Origin: Trichoplax adhaerens
Taxonomy: Eukaryota; Animalia; Placozoa
Direction: 5' to 3'
Length of the DNA stretch: 64,000 bases
Assembly: GCF_000150275.1 (NCBI RefSeq)
Contig: NW_002060943.1
Location: 4,732,008-4,796,007, forward strand
Shown here: positions 53,801 to 64,000 of the stretch, one piece after another
How the letters are laid out: each line of letters starts with the position of its first letter
How positions within the stretch are numbered: position 1 is the stretch's first letter
The notes under the pieces: generated by a model
Told to the model about the DNA's origin: nothing
What the model saw: only the letters and a program-made list of their open reading frames with translations
Database searches by the model: none
Position numbers and translations under genes: made by a program

Positions 53801-56637
53801 GTGTCACTACCAATACCATGACTAGATAGAAGGAAACAGATTTCTATCCCCGGTAGTCTGCAATTATTGTACCGTACTACCTGTATTTATTCTGATAAAA
53901 GGAGCAACTGTATTAAATACGTTAAGTAAGTTGATGCAATTTATTGTCATAGTGATCAACATTACGTTTTTTCATTGATTTTATAGATTATTTTATTGTC
54001 ATTAAACAAGCTTCAACTGCACAAAGTAAGTTAATGTTCATCTAATTTTCTAACTGTAGCGCTTTGACCGCTATAGATATTAACAATCAATGCTCTAATA
54101 AGTAATGTTACATTCTAACATTACTTTCAGATATCCGCTTCAGTGACATTAAGTAACCACTGAATTAAGTGTAGAAAAGTAAATTGGTCTAATTTTCGAT
54201 CAAACTTTTGATGGTCGTAATCGATGCCACATATTAACTTACATCAATAATATTCAAAGCTATCCTGAATTCAATCCTTTTCTTTACTATCATAAAGTTA
54301 AAAGGTCTATAGGAAATAAATCAACTTGAAATTTTTTGCTTGTGAGATCTAGCGACAATTGAAAGCTATTACAATAATCTAAATTTAAACATTTTCCTAT
54401 CATGATTTACTTGTATATCAATTATATAATCATTCCTACCGATAATAACAAAAGATAGCAATTTATGTGTGCGTATTGTTATGTATCGACGTCAAAACAT
54501 TGCATAATAGTCACTTTATACGAAACATCCTTATTCATGATCAATTTATCAATACTAAATTGCTTTTAGGCTAAAACGTATTGAACTTCTTTAACATATT
54601 TAAACCTATTTTATTTATGATTACATTTATCAATATTATTATGATCAATACTGTCAATCACAGTGTAGACATGGAATTAAAATTTCTATACAATTGTATT
54701 ATTTAAATAAAATAGTAAACTGTCAATTTTTTTATTGCATCCTTTACAGTAACTGAATCCATTATCAACAACATAACTTTCTATTTACATTATTCAAGCC
54801 CCCAAATATGCAATCATATATCAAAATTTTCAAAATATCCTCATCACCAATACTTTAAAAACTACATTGTAAGAACATCAATAGTCTTTTTAAAGAGGAG
54901 CAGCAAGCAGGAGAATAAGGTATAGATATCTACTTTAAAATTTCTTAAACTGACTTTAAATCAATCCATCCTTTTTATCTTTAAAAGTTAAAAAAGTTTA
55001 AACGCACATATATTCTGATACCATTCACGATCTGAAATGTATATATTTTAATTCTTCATTCTTATAAGTGATGAATTTTCAGTGGATTAAAAAGAGTGTT
55101 ATCCAACTAATCTAAAACTACTATGCCTATTAATCAGTTTTGATATTTCATTACAATTCCATGCCGTAGCAGGTCTGATCTATAATCTTAGATATGAATT
55201 GCAGTAACTTTCATGGCTTCTTAATAAAAATTCGATGTATTAAAGTTTTACTTAAAATGGAAATAGACCAACTAAGATAACTTTCGCTTAATCCTATTAT
55301 TCGTTCAGCTGCAACATAATTTTTTTAATACAGTTGTAACTAAAGATAACAACATGCTAAAATTCTTTTCAATTTACTCTGTGATGATTTATAAACACCT
55401 AACGCCTGTTTTAAAGAGACGTGAAAAACTGTCCCACTATATTGAAGGTATTGTTTCCAAAGCACACCCAAAAAACTCTCAGTAACGTTTTAGAAACAGT
55501 TATCAGGGTTTAGGTCAAACTTAACCCGTCATTACAGTCACCTTTAGTTTCAAATTTCTAGCAAAAGCAGAGATAAATGCTTAGTTAATCAGTCTTCGAT
55601 TTTTGCTACAACCTACATTTAACAATATTTTTCAACAAGACATCAGACGCAATAATAGTTTTACTTTAAACAGAAATCACCTGAACTGTTATTTACTATC
55701 ATCATTTTTTCGTTCATCTCAATAATCAAAAAATCAATACTGATTACAGTAAATAGTTATACTGCCTCGATCGGAAAATTCAATGTATTGAAATTCCTGT
55801 CACCTTATTACGTCGTAATTTATAAAATGATTGCCTGCTCATCAGCTGAGACATAGGAAGGCTCTGCTAAGATTTCTAATGAAATAAATTTACAGAACCA
55901 GTTTCAAAATATCATGCAAAGATATTACAGATTCTATCTACATGCCTTAAAGATAATTTCATCGCCTCATATTTCTTACAATCAGACTTATTATAATTAC
56001 ACCGAAAAGACTTATTTTAGCACTAGGTTACCTTAGACAAATATTTGAAAAACATTATCCGGCTATCAAAGTCTCTTACTGATTAGAGTAACATATATTT
56101 AGATATTGATAGTTAAACCGATCATATAGAGAGTTAACACATATAATGCAATAATCATCATTTAATATTTACATTAACTGTCGATACTAAGTGTTTGCCT
56201 GGATGATTTAAAATAGTTATTAATCAATTGATACGAACTCATAAGCCTAACAAAAACCATTTTAAAAGCCCGTATAGCAACAATTTTGCCCATTTAAATT
56301 GTAACTGTTACGCTTTCTAACGAATGTGTCTTAACTCCATTAAATCCTTTATGGAATATTATGTATGTTATATGATACGGGCATAAAATTTATTGTAGCA
56401 AAACTAATGTGCCAAAGCTGAAACTGATCCTTTCTCAAATTGATAGATGGTTATTATAGTAGCTATAAGTAAAGTATTTGGAGTGTAGCTCATATTATAA
56501 AATCATTTCTTAATAAATAAGATAGAAATGGATTAAATCATTACAGTATTCATTAACTCACGAAAGTGTAAAATGAAGTTTTTTTGTATATTAATTGAAT
56601 TTATAGATACTCATTCTTGATTGGTCAAATCTTTAAA

Positions 56638-59600
56638 ATGAAAATGACAAGAAATTTAAGTAATTTCAATATTTTAGCTACTTTTTGGATTAAAAAATTA
56701 TTGCTACTGTACTTAATCAACCAAATAGTCGTAGTCAATGGTAATAAACTGTGCCGAAAGTGTTGGTGTACGAATAATGCAGAGATTCATTGTCAAAATG
56801 TCCCTTTACCGTGGATTGCTCAAGCATCAAGTCAAGAGACAAAATCGCTGTAAGTTTATACTGATTCAACGTAGCGTCGCTAACCTCATCATCAACAGAC
56901 AGTATCATCATTTATTTAGATGAATTTAGATGATAAGTTCCTTCATTTCATTTGGAGTTCTGCACGAGATTATTATTATTAACGGATGATCTGCTTTATA
57001 ACGCAAGTTTTTTGATTAATAATTTGTAGTATGCTTTGATCACGACTTGATTAAAAATTATTTTATCTCACTTGATATGAACTGGCAGTCGTAACAGTAA
57101 ATATATTGTGTGCAGAATTGTCACGAATATATGATGCAAATTTTTATTTACTGCAATTGCTGTAGTCACATAATTATATTGCCTAAGGCTAATAATTAAG
57201 CTTCAATAATAGACTATGCAACTGTGTTACTCGATACGTTTAAATAATTGATCAAGCAAGCTTTATTATCGTTTTGAATAGCAGTTATAAGAATATCTTT
57301 AAATTATAGATGTTTAAATCAATAATTTACGTAATTGATGAAGTGTGATATTAGGTTGGCATTTTATTACCTTATAATTCTGTCATTGTTAGATTGTTAT
57401 GACTAAGAAACAAGCATAAGCAGGTACTTACAGTTTTATTCAAGCAGTATTCAGAGCCTAAAATTCTATCAATTTGCCCGTAAGAATAGCATTAAAATAA
57501 GTTAGTTTTCCTTGCTGAGGTTCCCTAGAGTTAGTCGGAGATCAAATAGAATAGATAGAAGAGTTTAAGATCGATTGCGAAAGTTACTTTGTGACAATGT
57601 ACAACTATAGCAATATGACGACGAAGCATCTGAATCATTCTTTGCTTATCATCGAAGTTAAATGCATCGAAACATCGTTTATCCTGAGGCTTTTTTTCCT
57701 ATTTAATCGCAATAACTGAAGTAAATATTATACAATAGCGTATCATACAAGTAGCACAAAGCACCAGAAAATTGGTCGTACTTATGTATCACCCAAATAT
57801 ACTAGTAATGTCTAAAAACATGAGACATTGAATTTTTATTCGTAATTCTATTATTTGAAACAGTTTCAATATTTTTTAGAAAATTTTATGTTACGTTTTA
57901 TGTAATCTAGCACTACATAGCGTAAAGTTGACATAAATTTATAATAATACTGTGTGACTCTGTGTATTTAAGCAGCATTAATTTTCGCAAATTTAGGAAA
58001 TAAGCGAGCAATAATTTATTCTCTTGTTTTGTACAATTGCCCACGGTTACAATGTTATTCGTAAACATCCACAAAATTAACAATCGTGCTAATAAATTTC
58101 TTGGACTGAATCAGTTGGTAATGAGTAAGCGAATCACTTTTGCAATTAGAATTTTTTGAAAGTAAAATTTTAGTTTGTTTTAGTGACATTTAGATCCGAA
58201 GCTTAATTCATGAATATTTTAGAGTAGGACTTAGAAAATAAGCCAATAAAGTCTTTGTTTATATTATCCTTAAACGTTTTTTATTATTTTTAATCTATAA
58301 AATTGTCATGATAGCGATATAAGTAACTTAGATTCATGAATGTATAATTAAGTAATATTTGAGTAGCTCTTTCTTGTCTTAACTGCTTAATGAGATCAAC
58401 TAATTAATGCAGAATGTGTCGAAATCAACATTTATGCGCTAAATAATCTTATATTTATACTGTCTCTGAGCAGCCTTCAAGTATTGAAACCTTGAACAGA
58501 AAGAATTATCCTAAAGATACACAAATCACAAATCGATTCCCTATTAATTATTAATTATTTCAATTTTATTGCCATTGCATATCTATAATTTAAATACAGT
58601 ACACTTCATTCAATTTAAATAAAATAATGTTGGAATATTTTACTAAAGACGTATATTTATCATAAGTAATTTCAAATTCTTTACATAGAAGCCTACACAT
58701 TAATAATGAACCGAGTACTTCAGACGTCAGTTATAAGTGTTGTTGCATTTTGACGTAAACTCTTGATATGTTTTTCATTCGAATAATTAATTCAATATAT
58801 GTAAAGGAGGCAGACAGAAATATTTGAAAAAATTTATACTCTACCATTACACTGTAATACATTACTTATTTACTAGAGTCATTTTCTTATATGTTTTCAG
58901 CACACTGATTATCGTCTTGTTAATTGCTTAGCTTTTTATAAAATAAATAATTAAAATATTTCCTTTGCGCTGTTCTTTCGTCATTTTTTAATAAGCAGAA
59001 TAGTTATGAACACTTATGCTCAATCTAATTATTATTCTGGAATCGATACCTTGCCTAAATATTCCTTTCAAAATTTTACCAATCTTCAGATGTTGTAAGT
59101 TACAGAAAAAATGTACTAATTAAGTTACTAAGGTTATATCGATTTCAAAACTGTAGTAATAATAGAAAGGAGAGTGGCATTTAATTATTTTGTTGACTTT
59201 TCATGTTCTCTTGATAGCAATATTAAAGTATCTGCTGTAAGCCATAACCAACTATGCACTCTTTGCAATTGATCGCTTATAGGCAAATTATTTCTGATTC
59301 CATGCAAGTTATTAATAGTAAAGCTTTTTATCGTTTGTCTCAATTACAAGAAATGTAAGTTTGATATTCAACAACAGCTATTAAGTTTTACTTTCACAAA
59401 CTAAGTTAGAGGGTATAATAGTAGTACGTAATATACCCCAGATATCGAAATGCTACAAGCAAAGGTAGAGTAAACTAGTGAATTTTATATATCATTAGTA
59501 ATGGATATGTTCCGTTCCGTAAAGATTGCTTTTTCACGAAGTTTCAATTTGGTATTATAACTCACTTGAACTATTTATTGAGTATAATATCGCAAATTAA

Positions 59601-62600
59601 GTAGTTTTGATAATTATTCAACGCACAAGCTAATCGATAAGATGATTTTCATTATTTTCAGAGCCTTAATTGATTGTATTTATTTGACTCATTTCCCGAG
59701 GTTATCTAGATTATTTAATGCCAAAAAAGTGTAAGCTCGATATTAATTGTAAATAATGCAGTAGTATCAAATCATTGTACTTTTTTCGATTATTTATTGA
59801 AGGAGGAAGAAATCTCTTCTATTTGCATGATATCCAATTATGAATTCGATATCTGTCTGCTCATCTAATTATTGCATTTACCGCAAATCGAGAAATAGCA
59901 AATATTATAAAATCTAATGCAGTTTGAATGCCCATTGATATATAGGATTATACGTCATTCTAATATTTCGAGAATACCTGAAAATGCCTTTCATGGATTG
60001 AACCAGTTACAAATCATGTAAGAGCGTGATATATAGCATCATCAACTAAACATTAATAATATCTCAAAACACCGTATTAGTTCAACATTATTTTTTTGCT
60101 CTTCTAATTATTCGCGGTTATTTTGATAAGTGATTTATCAGACAACAAGATCGTAAGCATACAGGAACATGTTTTTGCAAACGCCGGAAGTCATCTTGGC
60201 ATATCAATGTAAGAAAATACTACTCTTAAAGTAAAATGATCAGTGAATGAAATAAAGATCCTATCCAGTAATTTCATGGTCCGACAATAATTATTATAAT
60301 CAAAGGAACTTAAATATAGTTTTAAGGATTGATGATTTTTCAAATAATTTTTATTTTAATTCTATTCCGAGAAAATCTGGTTAAAAATTATATGCAGAAA
60401 TTCTGCAATTACGGTAATCTTTAAATTATCATGTAACTACGTGCAACGTATTGTGAATTATTTTTTAACAAGAGCCTCATCTTAGAACTTTTTAGCAATT
60501 GAAGAGAATTTTAATGGAGCTCGATTTTGTTTATCATTCTGGATAGAAATTTACTTGCAATTGCTAATAAAGATTTTGTATTAAATTAGATACAGAACGA
60601 GCAACTTTAGCAGTATTTATATGCTTCATTTCTAGTTCTATGCCATCGACAATGATTTCATGAATAATTCTTATATAAACTCTGAACAGATTTACGTTAT
60701 TATTTACAGAGATTTAAGCAGAAATCCATTGAATTCACTTCATTCTAATGCATTTGAACACTTCTATCCTGCTACTCCTGCTATGTTGAAGCTGTAAGTA
60801 TTCATTTGATCGAGCTGTCATCGTAAATGCATCTTAGTTAAAGCAGTCTATAGTGTTTAATTTTTAGTGAGAGGACTGTAAATAGCAACTTATCGTAGCT
60901 ACATAAAAACCATGTTTGGTAAAGGTATTAGGCGTGAATGTTTACGTATGCATCGGCCTCTAGGTATAAATTCGTTTCTAGAATTTTCCTCAAGAGTTAC
61001 TTACAATATTTGAATTGATTTATTAGATTTTACCATTCAATTTCGAAATACAAACTATTAACAAATCACTCAATGGACTTTTTATTCTTTTACAGAAATA
61101 TTTCTGGTACCTATATTACCCATTTAAACTTTCCTTCAGATGTAAATCGAGCTGATAATGGTCTAATCAGTTTGCGCTCATTAGATGCAGATTCTCGGTC
61201 TTTTATTCGTTTGCCAAAGCCATTAAAAGTGCCACTCATCCGTAATATTCAAGTCCATCATCCGTATCTTTGCTGTATATTTCAAAGTGAACTTACCAAA
61301 CTGCGTCTGCAGCACAATCAGTCTATTAATGGGACTGAGACTAGAAGTTATAGAGAATATATAGGGCTGGAAAATATGTCGAATACATTCAATGATGCAA
61401 TAACATATTCATGGCCATGGAGCGACAACCCCTGGAAACCTAACGGAAACAAGACTAATACAGATCCACCAGGCTTTTTCTTTCCGTCTATTTTACCGCC
61501 TACTTCTAAAACAGATCTAGTTAATCAAGGTGGTGGAGGTTTTGTCGGTAATAAAACTACCTTGAATAAAGATGTAATCAATTTAATCCAGTACAATCAA
61601 AATCTATCATTAATTAACTACACTGACTTAATGAATCTTGGAGGTGGTTATGGTGGTCAATCACCTGTCATTTGTAGGCCACAACCCAATGAATTTACGC
61701 CGTGTGAAAATATTTTAGGTGATTGGTATTTAAGAATACCAGAATGGTTCATGTTTATTGCAGCTACAATTGGTAACATCCTGGTTCTCATCGTTATCTA
61801 TGGAAGCCCATTAAAATTTACTATTACTAAGTTTCTTATTTGTAATTTAGCCATCGCCGATTTGTGCATGGGATTCTACTTAGGTACCATGGCGACAATC
61901 GATGCTATCTTTGCTGATAATTACGCCAACTTTGCAATTGCTTGGCAACTTAGCGCTGGTTGTAAGTTAGCAGGATTTATTGCAGTCTTTTCTACGGAAT
62001 TATCAGTTTATACCTTGCTTATGATTACCATCGAACGCTATATGGTGGTGACTAATGCAATGTATTACAAGCGCCATTTAAAATTGCGGGGTGCATGCAT
62101 AGCCATGCTGATCGGATGGATATTTGGTCTTACCTTGGCCACTCTACCACTACTCCATGTGAACAGCTATTCTAAGACATGTATTTGCCTACCATCTGAT
62201 ATCGATACGCTTGTTGGTAAATTATATATGGCCGTGATTTTAACATTAAATGGAATGGCTACCATTCTAGTTATGGGTTGCTATTTACACATCTTTTACG
62301 TTGTCCACTATTCCAATAGCGCTATTACTAGAAATACCGCAAATCGAACGGATTTAATTATTGCTCGTAGAATGTTAATATTGATTTTCGTTGATTTCTT
62401 ATGTTGGGCTCCCATCGCCGTTTTTGGCTTAAGTGCTGTTTTTGGCCTGAAATTAATTTCAGTTAGCAAGGCAAAGTTCCTTATGGTCTTTATTTTTCCG
62501 CTAAACTCCTGCATGAATCCTTTTTTATATACTTTCTTTAGCAAATCTTTTCATAAAGATTGTAAAGCGTATTGGAATTGTGTTCATAGCAAATTACGTC

Positions 62601-62611
62601 GAGATTCATAA
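56638..62611 (+). CDS. Leucine-rich-repeat GPCR, glycoprotein hormone receptor-like (type A LGR), ~732 aa
   Basis: Exons 56638-56849, 58999-59094, 59283-59354, 59662-59730, 59946-60017, 60131-60208, 60710-60793, 61096-62611, joined by phase-2 introns typical of LRR exons. LRRNT cysteines, hinge PYLCCIF...FTPCENILG, NLAIAD, IERY, CICLP, DFLCWAP, NPFLY. Extra LRR exons between 57000 and 58900 cannot be excluded. Confidence 0.92.
57494..57596 (+). mobile_element. Degenerate 3' part of a family C element in LGR intron 1
   Basis: aataagttagttttcctt...gttagtcgg.gatc...gcgaaag...tttgtgaca aligns with 19539-19640. Confidence 0.7.
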
Positions 62612-64000
62612 AAGTAACGTGATTGATAGCATTTCAAAGCTAATGAATGAATTGTATTTGATATGGATATTAGCAGATATTGACCGCTGTTGTACAATTT
62701 TAACTTTAACATGAGCATAGTAGCTTTACAAGCCATATTATATCAAAATACAGTAACATCAGAAACAGTTTGTTCTATGCCGACAGAGAAGAATATTTAA
62801 TCCGCATTAAGAAATAATATTTACTATAAGTTTGTTGTCTTGAAATAGCAAAGAATAAGAAGGACTGTAAGTAATTTCGTGCATGCTTCGGAAAAATGTA
62901 GTGGTGTCCTTATTTCTTACTAAGAATATAAATAATTATACTGCAGTTCTTGTGGCTATCATAAGAACATTGTAACTCCAAGTACTTTTGTCTTATTTAT
63001 TTTTAGCTAAACTTACTAATTTTGATTGCTCTTGAGTGAGTATGTGTTTGTGTGTTCATGTATACAAGTATGTATTTATTATGGGCATAGTTTTAACGCT
63101 TATATTTTAACTAGCTACCATATTGTTTGCTTAAAATTTTTAAGCATAGTAAATGTAGTAGAACAATTCTCTAGGCTCAATTTTGTAGCAAGTTATCGCT
63201 ACTTCTATATTATCTCTTGTATAATATTTAATAGATGCTCATAGGACTTCTGTCCGTATCTTTACCGTAATTGGTCGAAATTTAGTTAATATAGCGGTGA
63301 AATATCAATTTTATAGCTATGATCCTTAGCTTTATAGTAAATTCTTACGTTTTGGCTCTTGAATGCTTCGAGTATAATTTAAGTAAATAACAAGCTTTGA
63401 CTAGATTAAGTTGACGCCGTGTTTAAAAATTTACTGAGCTCATAGTGATACGAGTATGTGCTTAATGATAATGTTTTAGTATTTACAAGCAGGTTTGTAC
63501 TAGGATAAATCAGTATCACTGAGGTAATGGAGCTGAGGAACAAGCTCTGGTAAGACTAGAGTAAATTCCTAATTAGTATGTAAAACTATTTACTAAAAGC
63601 TACTAGTGATAAAGTGTTTCCAAAATAATGAACAAGAAGATAGCTAGATTAGGCATTAGGACTAATAGATCTAGTATGGTAAAAAATAAGGTAAACATGG
63701 CACCAAATCTACCTTGAATATTATAGTAATACTTAGCTAATTCATTAATAAAGTAACAATCGTGGTTAAGATCTTCAATCTTAGTTAAGCATCTTGTGAC
63801 TCACTGAAACTTCACCATAAATCATTCTACAAGCTAAGTTTAAATCCAAGTTACAACGTAAATGATTGACATCAGAAGCATTTTTGGAATACGAGTCATA
63901 ATATAGAAAACTCGGACTATAAATTATCCCTCAATTAATACGGAAATAGCGAGGCTGTTCCTGCATACGAGTATTTTATTGACGCAAGCATTATCCGCTC

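Noticed and set aside
57611-58125. Additional LRR exons of the LGR
   Set aside because: LRR-like words are present, but I could not find a clean acceptor and open frame. The model is in phase without them.

Overview
AT-rich eukaryotic genomic DNA with short GT-AG introns. Gene content and composition suggest an early-branching animal, probably a placozoan such as Trichoplax (inference only). Genes reconstructed by hand from splice sites: (1) an intact 5-exon D-aminoacyl-tRNA deacylase (DTD1)-like gene, missed by the ORF track, with both signature motifs altered (SQFTL>SQITL, NDGPVT>NDGYVI); (2) two fragments of ionotropic glutamate receptor genes, the 3' fragment clearly disrupted; (3) a 5'-truncated, frameshifted GABA-B-like class C GPCR; (4) two intronless PSI-domain PTTG1IP-like paralogs; (5) an intact FUT8; (6) an intronless GNAT acetyltransferase; (7) a glycoprotein-hormone-receptor-like LGR. 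The first ~36 kb is dense with short (270-630 bp) TG...CA elements with 5-bp target-site duplications (TSDs). They look like solo LTRs, fall into several families, and include a three-deep nest. Most carry a 3'-terminal fold-back. One young copy has no TSD and sits between the two head-to-head, 5'-truncated receptor genes. Also present: Helitron-like 3' ends, a 3x ~122-bp structured tandem repeat, a CAGTA/TACTG fold-back near the FUT8 start, and an assembly gap (11895-12313). All alignments and identities were judged by eye.
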